Shown: piece by piece, positions 38,923 through 51,661 of the stretch
Layout: each line of letters opens with the position of its first letter
Numbering within the stretch: position 1 is the first letter of the stretch
Assembly: GCA_025603075.1 (NCBI GenBank)
Contig: MU626293.1
Coordinates: 1-64,000, forward strand
Reading direction: 5' to 3'
DNA length: 64,000 nt
Source of the DNA: Neoconidiobolus thromboides FSU 785
Lineage: Eukaryota; Fungi; Entomophthoromycota
Position numbers and translations under genes: made by a program
The notes under the pieces: generated by a model
The model's database searches: none
Told to the model about the DNA's origin: nothing
What the model saw: the letters and a program-made list of their open reading frames with translations, nothing else

Positions 38923-39947
38923 ATGAAGACTATTTTAATAAGCTTTTTATTATCAGTAATCTTACCAGTAAATATCTATGGATTTGAACAAGTGATAGCG
39001 GATAATATTGACCATTTAAACTTAAAATATGATTATAAAACTAGTTTTAAAAAACCATATTTATTGAATAACGAAGTCCCGGGGTTTGAAAAAGCAGAAG
39101 GTAAATTTACGTATTTTTTATATTTTTTTGCTATTCTTTATCTTTCATTTCTTAACCAAGACTTTTATATCACAAATACTAACTTTTTTCTTTCCTTTTT
39201 TTCAATAGGTACCATCCTCACTGATAATTTCCTTCGTTTGAGTTCTTCTGTTTCTGGTTCCCGTGGTTCTCTTTGGAGTACTGAGCCCAATCAATATAAA
39301 GATTGGTTAGTTCAATATTCTTTTCAAATTACTGGAAGAAATCCACATGGTAAAGATGGGATTGCTTTTTGGTATACTAAAGATAGATTACAAAGTGGAG
39401 GGATATTGGGAAGCAAAGATGAATGGGAAGGATTAGGAGTCTTAGCGGATACTTATGATAAGGTGAAGAATGTAAGTTGTAGTTAATTTTTATCATCACT
39501 AGTTGTTTTATTAAATTCTTAATTTTTTTTATTTAGGCCGTTTCCCCTTACTTTTTAGGTATCTTAAATGATGGTACTAAAAAAATTGGGGATACCAAAA
39601 ATATAATGACACAAATGTTTGGTGGATGTTATAGAGATTTTAGAAATACATTACATCCAGTCTATGTAAGAGTCAGTTATGTTGATAGAGTATTGAAGGT
39701 AAATAGTAATAGAAAGAAAACACCTTATTATTATATTATATTATATTATAGTTTTATTTTATTTTATTGTTTGAATTGAATTGAATTTATGGTCGATTAC
39801 TAATTATTTTTATTATTATTTTAGGTGGCCGTTGATTCAGTTCAAAAAGGCAAAAGTTTTACTAATTGTTTTGAAAAACATGATTTGGATTTACCTACTG
39901 GTTATTATTTTGGTTTCTCAGCTTCTTCAGCCCATCCTGCTGGTAGG

Positions 39948-39981
<34 letters not shown>

Positions 39982-41037
39982 TAATTAATTAATGTTGTTT
40001 AATATTTTAATAAATTAACTATTTTATTATTAGATGATCATGACTTATTTGAATTCTCCGTTTATGAAGTGAATCCTGAAGTACCTGAACATGTAAGTGA
40101 AATCATATCTCATAAATTATATTATATTGTTATTAAATTAATAGGATATGAATCGGCCATATGAACAACAAGTTGTTGAAAAAGAGGGTAAATTTGGTAT
40201 TAATAAGAGATTAAGAGAGGTAAATAATATAGAATATAGAGTAATAATAAATTAATACTTAATTTAATTTAGAAAATGGCATTATTAAGAAAAAAGATCA
40301 AAGAAGCCAAGAACGATAGTGATAGCGATGGTGATAATGAAGATACCATTAATGAAGAAGAGGATGATGAGGTAAGAAATGGATGAGTTGTAAATAAATA
40401 ACTATGTTTAATATATTAATTTGTTTTTAGACATTTATTAAAGAAACTAGTATTCAACAAACTCAATTTAATATCATTGAATCTTTAAATTCGTTACATA
40501 GTAAAATACAAGAATTGGATCAAAAAGTAATTAATAATCCATCAAACTTCAATCGAAATAATGATAATAATAATAATCAACAAAATAATCAACACTTAAA
40601 TGATAAGTTAAATCATGAATTGAAATTAATTAAGTAAGTTTTAAATTATTATATTTTATTATTTATTTATTTTATTATTAGAACTAAATTAGAAGATTTA
40701 AGTCATTATCAAACTACTATACAAACAATTATAAATCAAATGGAACAAAAACAAAAAGATAGTTTTATCCAAATTAATAATTTAGTTATTAATTTAGATG
40801 CTAAATTAGAACGTATATCGGTAATTACATTAATTAATAATATAATAATCAAGTTGATTTTAATTTCAAATTTAGCATTCTTCCAATAATAATCATTTCT
40901 CGGTAGCCAGTAAATTGGAAGATTTATATTCTTTCTTATCTTATGGATTTTACTTATTAGCCATTATTTTAGTTGCCGTTTTTATTTTTAATTCTTTAAA
41001 AGATAGACTTTTTAAACAAGAAAAGAAATATCTTTAA
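38923..41037 (+). CDS. L-type lectin cargo receptor (ERGIC-53/VIP36/Emp46-47-like), multi-exon
   Basis: Signal peptide MKTILISFLLSVILPVNIYG, GKDGIAFWY, WEGLGVLADTY, coiled-coil stalk, a TM segment, and C-terminal KQEKKYL* dilysine motif. Confidence 0.88.
39951..39981. repeat. (TAT)10 microsatellite in a lectin intron
   Basis: Perfect trinucleotide run immediately after a GT donor. Confidence 0.9.
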
Positions 41038-41130
41038 ATAAAAAATAAAAATAAAAATAAAGATATAATTGAAGTAATATAATTCAACTAATTTACTATT
41101 TATTAATGTTGTTTTTGTTATTTACTCTTT

Positions 41131-43369
41131 CTATTCTATTTCAACTATTTTTGAAGGTGAATTAACAGTTAAATCCGATCCTAAATTTGTTTTTGGAAAT
41201 GCTATCACGGATCTTAAATTTGAACTTTGAGTTAATATTGTTAATAATCGATCGAATCCTAATATTAATATAAGTATCAATTATTATTATTATTATTATT
41301 ATTATTGTATTACCTAAAGCAATACCTCCATGAGGAGGACAACCACTTTTTAAAGCATTAATTAAATGATCAAATTCTAAAATATTTTGATCTTCCATCT
41401 AATAATTATAAAATAAAATAAAATAAAACTTGATAAAATAAAATAAACTCTAATACCTTCATAACCTGTTTCAATAAAAAAGCTTGAACCTCTGGATCAT
41501 GAATACGAATAGAACCACCTCCAATTTCAATTCCATTAATGACTAAATCATAATGTTGAGCTTTCACCAATTCTGGGTTTTCAAATAATAAATGAAAATC
41601 CTCTTTAACAGGTGCAGTAAAAGGATGATGGACTGGTGAAAAATGAGTAATTTGACCATTTTCATTAACTTCTTTTTGCAATAATGGAAATTCATTAACC
41701 CATAATAATTCAAATTGATTTGGATTGAATTTTAAGACATTATGGTCTATTAATAATTGAATATAAGCCAATCTTAATTTACCTAATTTACTGAATCCCC
41801 CTTGATACTTTTCATTTCGAAATTCAATACATAATATATCTCCAATACTTAATTGATTTTGTATACTCTCTATTTTTTCTATAATTTGTTTTTTCTCAAT
41901 TCCATTTTCCATGAGATAAGGTAACTCCAATTTCTCTATTTGATTTATAATTGAATTTTCTTTTTTAACTTTTAAAAAGTAGACTTGAGTTTTAGATGTT
42001 GTGTCTACTTGTTCAATATCATTTTTAAATTGATTTATTATTTTATTATTAAATAATTTTTTGTCCTTATCTTCCTTTAATATCAATACATTACAAAAAA
42101 ATTCCTTTTTCTTCAATAAATTTTGTATCTTGAATCCATATCTTCTATCTGGTTTATCCGAACCATAATGTAACATCGCATTATAATAACTCATAACTTC
42201 AATTTCTTCTTTAATTTTCACATTTAATATTTGTTGAAATAACTTTTTAATCATTTGATTAATTAATTTCATAATTTCCTTTTGTGTAGCATATGCGAGT
42301 TCCAAATCAATTTGTGTAAATTCTGGTTGTCTGTCGGCTCTTAAATCTTCATCTCTAAAACATTTAGCTATTTGAAAATATTTATCTACTCCGCTAGCAA
42401 TGAGTAATTGTTTATACTGTTGTGGTGATTGTGGTAATGAATAATAATAATTTTTTCTCCTTGTTGGAATGAGAAATTCTTTCGCTCCTTCAACCGTGGG
42501 TTTAAATAATAGTGGGGTTTCAACTTCGGTAAACCCACTTGAAAGTAAATGACTACGAATTAGATGGCTACATTGGGATCGAAGTTGTAGATTTTTTAAT
42601 AAGCTGGGGCGGCGCAAATCTAAATAGCGGTATTTGAGGCGAACTTCTTCATTTGGCTAATATTTAAAGTAATAAAAAAAAGAATTAGATTACTAAATAC
42701 TTATTAAAAGAAATAAAATAAAAATTTACCATTTCTTTTTCAAAACTTGGAAGGAAAGGTAAATTCTTAGCTAAATTTAAACATTTTAAGTCCAAGATTT
42801 TAATCTCAAGTCCTTTTTCTCCAAGTTTATTATTGGGCTTTTTGACCACCTTACCAACTACTGTAATCACGCTTTCAATACTTAATTTTTCAATTTCTTT
42901 TAATACATTATCTTGTGATTCATTTTGAAATATTAATGGTATACTACCACTTTCATCACGTAAAGTTAAGAATTGTAGACTCTCATGAGATTTTCTAACC
43001 AATTGAAAATAGAAAATGTATTAGTTTATAGAATCAATTTCTTTTTTTTAAATTAATAATAGTAGAAACAATATTAATTTAATAACTTACCTTTTATTTT
43101 GAACCCAACCATTTAATATGATTTCTTTATCTAACATGCTTTCATCCACTTTGTTACATAATACACTTCTTTTACTATACAAATCTAAATAGTAAAATGT
43201 TACATTCTATTAGCCAAATGTTTTCTTTTGATTATATTACAGTTCAATTAAGTTTACCTACAGCTTCACAACTGGTTAAATAAGGTAAAAAATCGCTCAT
43301 TTTCTTGGTTGTATAATGTTGCATTGTTAATTTGGGTTTGATCCTTTGGAATAATACTGATAATCGCAT
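41131..43369 (-). CDS. MSD1: Mitochondrial aspartyl-tRNA synthetase, multi-exon
   Basis: N-terminal presequence-like MRLSVLFQRIKPKL, GWVQNKR OB-fold, LPQSPQQYKQLL, YFQIAKCFRDEDLRADRQPEFTQID, GGGSIRIH, PPHGGIALG|FDRL; stop TAG at 41131-33. Confidence 0.93.
41280..41306. repeat. (ATT)9 microsatellite in an AspRS intron
   Basis: Perfect trinucleotide run. Confidence 0.9.
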
Positions 43370-43909
43370 CCTTCTTTTATGTCTTTTATTTTCAAATTAT
43401 GAATGTTGATTTTACTGCTATTTAAAAATATTTCAAAATTAATATTTGGATATTTTTAAAAATCGAGTTCTATATTTTGCAATTCAAGTCAACCAATCAA
43501 TTTGGAATCGTTCAAAAGTTAGGAAATATCAATAGAGTTAGTATTGTAATTACTTTAATAGAATTAAAGTTTCTTAATTTTAATAATATTTAAGAAGGAC
43601 TCGAATAAAATAGTTATCATCTGTTTAAGGATTAAAATTGAATATGACCTAATAAAACTTGAATATATTTTGGAAACTGATGTAAATAAGACTAATATCA
43701 ATGTTATTACTAACTTTGATGACATCTATACTAAATATAAATATAAGATATAATAAATTAATCTATTTTATACACTTTACAATATGTATATAGAATTCAA
43801 TCTTTTCCTTTGAGATTTTTCTTTTATCAAGTTTAATTTTATTATTTATTTTCAGAGATAAACTCTATTTTTTAAACCTTATCAATTGATTTAATTTACT
43901 TAATTCAAA

Positions 43910-44004
43910 ATATGGGGGACATTTTCTTGGCTTTATCACTATTTCTATATTTTAAGTGGAAAATTGTTAGTAAAATCTTTAAACACAAAAATATATCCAC
44001 ATAT
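43910..44004 (-). mobile_element. MITE-like copy 15 (internal deletion)
   Basis: Reverse consensus lacking the central ~11 bp (GCGCTATTTGA); both termini present. Confidence 0.8.
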
Positions 44005-44153
44005 ACTTTTCATCTCACGATTATTTATGAAGATCTAAAACTTGACATTACCTCTGGTCAATTTATTCAGATTACTTTGACTAATTTTATATTAATTTAT
44101 CAATTGAAATGAAATATCACTGAACTTAAAAACTTCAAGTGTTTTCAATCTAT

Positions 44154-44259
44154 ATATGAGGGCGTTCTTTTTGATTTAATCGCTTTTTTCATTTTTCAAA
44201 TACTATTGAGTGGAAAGTATGTTAGTAAATCTCTTAAAGATAAAGAGATATCCCCATAT
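44154..44259 (-). mobile_element. MITE-like copy 16
   Basis: ATATGAGGGCGTTCTTTTTG...TATTGAGTGGAAAG..GTTAGTAAA...ATCCCCATAT. Confidence 0.8.
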
Positions 44260-44464
44260 AATACTATCCTATTCCAATCTATATACTAAATAATATGAAT
44301 TATTCTATTGAAAGAATGGTTCTATATTAACTTATTCAATATATACGATTAACATTACAAACAATATTATAAAAATAATAATTAGTTATAAATATATTTT
44401 TATTATCAAATACACAACATTTAGAAAAGTAATAATTAAATTATTAAATACCAATTAGGAAAGC

Positions 44465-45115
44465 TTATTGAATATCAATTCGAATCTTCTTATTTTTCTT
44501 CATAGTTGATTTAGGTAATATCAAAGATAATACACCATCCATCAACTCCGCCTTAATTTCTTTTTCGATAATTTCCTTTTCAATTTTAAATGATCTATTA
44601 AAACCTTTTTTCGATTTTCTTTCCATTAATAGCTCCGTACCCTCACTACTTGTACTAGCACCACTGATTGAAGTCAAGTCACTACTACTATCCTCATCCA
44701 AATCATCTTCTACTGTAACTATATGCTCACTCTTTTTTGGTCTATAAACATAAGTACCTTTTATTATCAATTGGTTCTCTTCATTATCATAATCTATACT
44801 AATGTCTTGTTTTTTAAAACCAGGTAATTCTAGTTCCATTTGATAATATGATGAATATTCGATGATATCTGCTTTGGGCCATAAACAGCTTTCAGTTTTT
44901 GTTGGTTGAAGTTCTGGATTAGAGCTGTCGGGCTTAATTGAATTGTTTTTAGTTTTATTAATATTGATCGATGGACAATTAGAGTGAAGAAGCTTTCTCT
45001 TCTGTACTCTTTCCGGTCTTTTAGTCCTTTTATTTTGACATCTCTTTAAAGGTTTTGAATTCTTCGATTCATCATAAAATAAAAAGGGTGTAAGATCATC
45101 AAGTGTTAAATACAT
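44465..45115 (-). CDS. Small heat-shock protein (Hsp20/alpha-crystallin domain)
   Basis: ADIIEY...MELELPGFKKQDISI...LIIKG ... ERKSKKGFNRSFKI...IKAELMDGVLSLILPK and C-terminal IRI (IXI) motif. Confidence 0.9.
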   Translation of the reverse strand: MYLTLDDLTPFLFYDESKNSKPLKRCQNKRTKRPERVQKRKLLHSNCPSININKTKNNSIKPDSSNPELQPTKTESCLWPKADIIEYSSYYQMELELPGFKKQDISIDYDNEENQLIIKGTYVYRPKKSEHIVTVEDDLDEDSSSDLTSISGASTSSEGTELLMERKSKKGFNRSFKIEKEIIEKEIKAELMDGVLSLILPKSTMKKNKKIRIDIQ

Positions 45116-45923
45116 ATTATTTTGTTTTTTTTGCTAAAATATTATTTTTGTTTTTTATTCATTTCACTTTTTTCTTTCTTTTTATAGCATTTTTAACAAT
45201 AGTTCGATAATTAAAAGATTATTCTACTAAGTTAATTTCAAACAGGTAAATTACTAGAAGTTTCTAAAATGATGAAGAATTAATTGATACAAAATGGGCT
45301 ATTCTTTCTATTTTTAGACCAGTTAAAAAGATTTTTTATTTTCAGGTTGGAATATAATTGGAATCTAACTTTCTTTAAATAAATTATTAATTTCAACTAT
45401 AGCAACTTTAGAAATAAACTCAAATTGTGAATGATATTAAATTTTATAACATAAAAAACCTCATTTTCTATTTCAGTAGTTAGTTAGTAATTTTTAACTA
45501 TATATTCTTAAAGAAGATTGATATGGCGAAAAGGAAACGTTTCGATATACTAGTTGACTATTTGAGTATTTATTTCGATTTTTCATTAATATCTAAGCCA
45601 TGACCCTTCAATATAATCTAGAAATTGTAATAGTACAATTACCAGTTAATTGTAATTAAATAATAATTTAATGAACTTTTAGAAGATGAATATTAGGTAG
45701 AACATGAACTTTGTAATTTATTAATTAAAATTAAAGAATAGTTGAAGTGGGTTCTATATTAATATTACAGATAAAATCAATACTTCATTTGTGTTAATAA
45801 CTAATTTATTACCAAGATTTAATCAAACTATGTAAATTGATAAAAGAACTTAATAGGTGTTAATAAGAAGTGATTCCAGATTCTGAACTTAACAATAAAG
45901 TTCCATTCTTAAAATCAAGTAAC

Positions 45924-46026
45924 ATATAGGGATGCATTTGTTCAAGAATTTTACTAACAATCCTTCTGCTGAAATAGTGCTTAAAAAATGGAAAAAGTGA
46001 TGAAGCCAAATAAAACATCCCTATGT
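45924..46026 (+). mobile_element. MITE-like copy 17
   Basis: ATATAGGGATGCATTTG...AAGAATTTTACTAACAA...AAATAGTGCTTAAAAAATGGAAAAAGTGATGAAGCCAAATAAAACATCCCTAT. Confidence 0.87.
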
Positions 46027-46742
46027 TGTGTTTAAAAGTTGGCTATTATTTGGTATCTTTTTGTTTAAAAAATAAATCAAATTAAAATATAACTTGGGGC
46101 AGATTACTTTAGATAAAAATGAGGAGTCAAGATTCTGTTATTAAGTGGAACTTTGAGATTCAAAAATATTTTTATAAGTTCTTGGAATTTTATTAATCCA
46201 GAACATTACAATAATGAAAATCACTCTTTTATTTTATATATAAATGTTGATGATGTGATATATTAACTTGACAAAAATAAATAGAAACAGTTATAAAAAT
46301 AGAATAGCAAGTTACTGATTCAATGGAATTAATATTAAAAGGTTTAAAATGAAGTTGGCGTTGACAATTCCGTCGGAGTATTTTTTCTTAAAAAGTTCTT
46401 ATATCTTAATATTTTTGAAACCAAACACAAAACTTAAACTTTGTATTGATTAATATATAAAGTTGGTACAAAATAAATCCGAATTTAAATCAAATCAAAT
46501 CAAATCGAACTAAGTAATTAAAGTTCTAACTATTATTTGTATCTTCTTATTAATTTAACTGCTTTGTCGCATTCCATTCAACAAAATTAATAACTTTCAA
46601 CATATATAGAAATCGAAATTTATAACCTAACATTTGATTAATTACTAAATTGTTCCTATAATCGAGTATAAAAAGTCATTGTAAAGCTCCTAAAAACAAG
46701 TAAAAAAACTGACTATTCAATAACTAACATATAACTATCCTA

Positions 46743-47393
46743 ATGACCCGTCGTCAACGTAAAACAATCCATCCAGAAGATAAAAAATCAATCCTTGAAT
46801 TACGAAAACTTGGTTTATCCCATCAAAAAATAGCTACTCAATTTGATATTAGTCGAAGTAGTGTAACTAGGATCTTACTAAATAGGGAAAAGTATTCATT
46901 ATCCAGCTTTGAAAAAAGGCAAGAATATCCACTATCTAGTCCCATAAATTTGGAAGAAATACAACATGAATATGCTATTATTGAAATTGAAATTATAAAA
47001 TGGTGTAAGGAAGAAATGAATCATAATGAAAACACATTAAAAATTCGAGCCGATATCGATAAAAGTGATATTATCTATAAAGCTATTGAGTTAGCCTATA
47101 AGCTTAGAGTTTATAGTTTAATTGGGGTTATGAGTTGGTATCATAGATTTGAAAATAGATATAAATTGCAATTTCAAATATCAAGTCCCAAAATTAATAA
47201 TCCTGTAAGTCCTATTACCGTTAAAAGTAATGTACCAAAAGAGATGTATTTATTTACCCAGAATAGAATGAATACTTTGAACAGTAACCTGTGTTTTGGT
47301 ACAAGTTATTATCCGCCTACAGATCAATTGAATTCAACTATTGAGTTTCCTTTCTTTACTAATAGTTTAAATCCGGATCCTTTATTCTTTTGA
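46743..47393 (+). CDS. CENP-B/pogo-type tandem HTH DNA-binding protein with no DDE catalytic domain
   Basis: RKTIHPEDKKSILE...GLSHQKIATQFDISRSSVTRILLNREK (CENP-B N-terminal/psq HTH), then IEIEIIKW...KAIELA...GVMSWYHRFENRY (Tc5 HTH). The ORF ends at 216 aa with an S/P/N-rich tail. Confidence 0.85.
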   Translation: MTRRQRKTIHPEDKKSILELRKLGLSHQKIATQFDISRSSVTRILLNREKYSLSSFEKRQEYPLSSPINLEEIQHEYAIIEIEIIKWCKEEMNHNENTLKIRADIDKSDIIYKAIELAYKLRVYSLIGVMSWYHRFENRYKLQFQISSPKINNPVSPITVKSNVPKEMYLFTQNRMNTLNSNLCFGTSYYPPTDQLNSTIEFPFFTNSLNPDPLFF

Positions 47394-47415
47394 GTTTTTT
47401 TAATCCAATATATTT

Positions 47416-47520
47416 ATATGGGGATGTTTTTTTGATTTCATTACTTTTCCATTTTTTAAGCGCTGTTTGAGTGGAAAAATTATCACTAAAACTCTTAAAC
47501 ATAAAAATACATCTTCATAT
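47416..47520 (-). mobile_element. MITE-like copy 18
   Basis: ATATGGGGATGTTTTTTTGA...AAGCGCTGTTTGAGTGGAAAAAT...AAAAATACATCTTCATAT, starting 22 bp after the HTH gene stop. Confidence 0.9.
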
Positions 47521-48902
47521 TGTAAGATCGATGCTATATTTTTTGAATATTTCTAGTTGAATGTTATTATCACTCCTATTACTATTCATTTTTTTAATAA
47601 AATACATTAGCGAATTTATAAACTATATATCACCATTGTAGTAATTTCCATTATTCTATTATTATAATGGATTAGTAGGAACCTCATTTAATAACTCATT
47701 TAATAACTCATTTTTACAAATTCTATAAGGAATACTAGACTTCTAAGTAGTTTGTTAACATAATCAACAATGAAAATTTAAAGCAGATATATCTCGCAAG
47801 GAAACTAATGAGTATTACTACCTACCTTGTTTATTTAATAAAGGTTTCAACTAGATCTTTGCCTAAAAAATGCGCAATTATTTTTTGTTAAATAAAAGTT
47901 GTGAGTAAAAATAGATCAAATATTTACACAGAAAAGGTTTTATTCATTGCTTAACTGTTAAGGTTAAAATTTGAAGTGGTTTAATCAAAATATTAAAAGA
48001 AAACACAGAAAAAGCGAATTTATAATTATGTTTATATTCTTATATATTTGTGGATTTATTTTTAATATAATAAAATAGTATAGCTTTTAAAACTAACTCT
48101 TTAGGTATAGAATTTTTTAAAAAATTTCTGTTCAATTGGGGTATGATTTCTAATTGATTTTATACTAATCAGAGCAAAAAGAACTCAAAGAGCTTTGTAC
48201 CTAAAGGGTTAATTTGATTTAAGTTGTATGTGACTAATACTTGTCATTATTTCATTTTGATCTATAAGAATCTGGTGAGCACAGCTCTTTTATGGTATCC
48301 AAGTGGTTAATGTTGATTATAAATTTTGAGTTTGAAATTGAATTTTATCTTTATAAAAATACTTTTTCAAAAATTTTAAGAATACTAGACTCTCGAATCG
48401 TATATCACCCAATTTAAAATAAACTAAGAGGAGATATTAGCCAATAAGCTATAAGGTTACAACTATTTCTATTAGATATTGGCCTCATTTTTATTCAAGT
48501 CATGTTAGCTAGACTATTTTCCATTTAATGAAGGGGAAATTATTGGTAAACTTTTCAGTTCCATTAGTATTTATTCAAAAAATATTGTTGTAAAGCTATA
48601 TTAAAAGTTCAGACAAAATTATAAGCTTGTTTTTTACAAAATAATAGAGAAACTGAAGATATCTTGTGTGCATTTAATATAATGTACGATTAATTCGTAA
48701 GTTCATAAGAATATAGTTTATTTAAATAAATTGGACAGTTGTTTAATTTTGTTTTATTTTTAACCTCATACTTTATAAGTACTTGATTTAAAAATAAACT
48801 TACACCGTTATTCATTACAGATAACTAATGAGAATAATAGTCTATAGAACTGATAACTAAAAGATTCTAGACATGGCTATTACTTCAAGACAGTAAAAGT
48901 AC

Positions 48903-49006
48903 ATATGGAGATGCATTTTTTATTCAAGAATTTTACTAACAATTTTTCCACCCAAATAACACTTAAAAATGAAAAAAGTGATGAAACAAAAAACATCCCC
49001 CCATAT
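48903..49006 (+). mobile_element. MITE-like copy 19
   Basis: ATATGGAGATGCATTTTTT...AAAAAACATCCCCCCATAT. Confidence 0.88.
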
Positions 49007-49060
49007 AGATGTCCTTTTGTATAAGAATTTAACCAAAAATTATAAAATCTACACTTGTAC

Positions 49061-49096
49061 AAAATGGAAAAAATGTTGAAAAGACATCTCCATGGT
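49061..49096 (+). mobile_element. Probable right-half fragment of the MITE-like element
   Basis: AAAATGGAAAAAATGTTGAAAAGACATCTCCATG resembles the consensus right half. Confidence 0.5.
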
Positions 49097-49246
49097 ATAT
49101 TTGAATGATATAACAAATTTTAAAAAAGCATATTAAAAGTTGTTTTAAAAAATTAGTAATTGAACATAAAAATTTTATTAAATTAAATTGTTTAAACATA
49201 AAGAACAAGGTTAGAAAATAGGACTAAATCAAATAAGGTAAATTTC

Positions 49247-50857
49247 TTAAATTCGGATTTCCTTATCAGTTTGTTCCCTTAATGCTTTAGCAGCGTCTTC
49301 GTCTTCCTTAGAAACAAACCAGTACTTAGATAAAATAATAAAGATAACTAAAAAGACGAAAGAGAGTGCAGTATAAATCCATTGTCTAGTTGGGCCATAT
49401 AATTCACCAATACCAAATTCAAGCCCAAGGACAATATAATTACCAAAAGCAGTGGTTAATAACCAAATGGAAGTAGCAGAGGCTTTCATTTGTTTACCTA
49501 CTTGAGTATAAGCAAATTGTACACCGGTAGGTGACATCATGGCTTCTCCAATTGATAATAAAAACCATTGAGGTAATTGCCAAGTACCATTAAGACAATC
49601 TACACAAGAAACAGCCTTATTTCCATTAACTACCCTACTTCCAGCGTTATTTTCTACAACATATTCTAAGATAGTAGAGACAATAAAGGCTAAGATAACA
49701 AAAATATAACCCCAAACCATACGAGTAATAACTGGCATTTTGATTCCTTTTTTTTCTAGGAATGGGTATACAACATAAGATAATAATGGGACAATAATAA
49801 TGATTAAAATGGAATTGATGTTTGAAGAAGCTTCAGTTGGGATATCAACAAAACCTAAGAACAAATGATTCATATGTTCATATTGATTTTGCCATTCAGT
49901 GCCATTTTGATCGTATAACACCCAGAAGAAAATACATGGGATAAACATAACAATTACTTTACCAAGTAATCTAGTTTCTTCAATAAATTCAGCATCTACA
50001 AAATCATTTGCAAAATTTAACCAATGACCACGGCTTTTACGTTCTTCTTCTGATGCTTTAGAATAACCACGGAAAGCATAGATAGCAGTTCTTGCAGCTT
50101 TTAATGGTAAAAATTCACCTGAAGCAGGAGCAATTCTATAGTATCTATACCCGAAGATAAAAACTAACATGGAGATTAAAAACACAATTGTTGGAATACC
50201 AAAAGCAAGAAAGTAACAGCTGGAATCAAAACATTTCACCTTTTCCTTAAGGAAAGGAGTTAAATATTGTGCAATTAAAGAACCAATGTTAATACTTAAA
50301 TAGAATAAAGCGAAGAATTTATCCATTAATGTGGTTTGATGTGGTTTAAATTGATCACCACCATGAGAAGATACACATGGTTTGATGCCTCCAGTTCCAA
50401 TAGCAATCAATATCAAAGGTAATATACATGTCCAATAAGGATAACTAGTGTAACTAGCGACCAAATTATTGATAGAGAATACGGCCAATAAGGCATTACC
50501 AATTAAATAAACAATAGAGAGATAAACGATGGTGTAATATTTACCAAGGAAAGAGTCGGATAAAGCAGCACCAAATAAAGGGAATAAATAAACCAAGCCG
50601 TTGAATAAATGGACTTGAGATTTAGCAAAGGAGGGAGTATAACTATACGCGGTTTGTAAGTATAAATTCAATAAATTTTTAATACCATAGTAACAGAAAC
50701 GTTCACCGAATTCATTTGGTAAGATGAAGTAGATAGCTTTAGGAAATTTATCATCTTCGATATCTGAATCATTATCTAACCCAGCATTCAATGCTTTTTC
50801 AATTGTCACCAAATCTTTGGTATTGTTAGTATTAGTATTGTTTTCGTTTTTCTCCAT
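49247..50857 (-). CDS. PTR2: POT/PTR oligopeptide transporter (copy 3, older paralog)
   Basis: 536-aa intronless ORF with EFGERFCYYG and GTGGIKPCVSSHGGDQF; collinear with copy 1 but clearly diverged. Confidence 0.95.
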   Translation of the reverse strand: MEKNENNTNTNNTKDLVTIEKALNAGLDNDSDIEDDKFPKAIYFILPNEFGERFCYYGIKNLLNLYLQTAYSYTPSFAKSQVHLFNGLVYLFPLFGAALSDSFLGKYYTIVYLSIVYLIGNALLAVFSINNLVASYTSYPYWTCILPLILIAIGTGGIKPCVSSHGGDQFKPHQTTLMDKFFALFYLSINIGSLIAQYLTPFLKEKVKCFDSSCYFLAFGIPTIVFLISMLVFIFGYRYYRIAPASGEFLPLKAARTAIYAFRGYSKASEEERKSRGHWLNFANDFVDAEFIEETRLLGKVIVMFIPCIFFWVLYDQNGTEWQNQYEHMNHLFLGFVDIPTEASSNINSILIIIIVPLLSYVVYPFLEKKGIKMPVITRMVWGYIFVILAFIVSTILEYVVENNAGSRVVNGNKAVSCVDCLNGTWQLPQWFLLSIGEAMMSPTGVQFAYTQVGKQMKASATSIWLLTTAFGNYIVLGLEFGIGELYGPTRQWIYTALSFVFLVIFIILSKYWFVSKEDEDAAKALREQTDKEIRI

Positions 50858-51000
50858 TTGTTTTTTTAAGATATTAAACTAACCTTTTACTCTTTTTATA
50901 TTTTTTTCATCATTTAATTTGATATATAATTAAAACCTAGAAACCCTGGTCATTATTCTTTAAACTATCATGAGATTAAATTTTAAATTAACCTCATCTA

Positions 51001-51661
51001 TCAGCTGAAGTTATTTCCCATATAAATTTTATTTCATTTACTCTTGTTTTCCTTGTTATTGGTTTATCGTAAATGATTGATTCTTCACACAATTAATTAA
51101 GCATAAACAGCTTATTTCTAATTCTATCAACCACTTTTTTTTCAAGCTACTTTTTTCTATTATTCTGTTTTACCTTTTGTAAAGATGTTTATTTTAGAGT
51201 TATTATCGAGCAATGGCAATCAAAATCCAGAATAAATTATAAAATAATATTAGAATTAACCATAATAAAATAATAGTTGATAGGTAACATTGATTTTTCT
51301 ATTAACTTTCTTAGAATATTCGAATTTTTGTAACTGACTTCTAATTTTACATTTGTAACCTCTTTCTAAGCTTTATGTTAATACTATTTTATATGACTAA
51401 TATTTAATTATGTTTTTTATTATTTTATTATAAAATATTAGAAATAAAATTATTAATAATAGTTGTATAATATTTTTTATTTATGCGGAAAATACACCCT
51501 GAAGCATCTGATGCTAGTAAATTTTAGCAAGTTAACCAATGGAGTGAACCCTTCAAATGTAACATCAAATGACTCTCAGCTGATTTACTAAATCACAGTT
51601 TGCCTTTTTTAAGTTATTTAAAGTTCAAAATAAGATTTGTTCTCGGTACTTTATCAGCTGA
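51001..51661. promoter_or_regulatory. Three TCAGCTGA palindromes upstream of PTR2 copy 3
   Basis: Sites at 51001-51008, 51576-51583 and 51654-51661; two of them are in the TATCAGCTGA context. Confidence 0.45.

Noticed and set aside
43912-44112. 66-aa ORF, and likewise 48880-49116
   Set aside because: Both run through MITE copies; spurious.
47681-47712. 12-bp tandem ACTCATTTAATA x~3, plus (AAATC)4 near 46488 and a 13-bp duplication near 18791
   Set aside because: Ordinary slippage repeats with no further structure.
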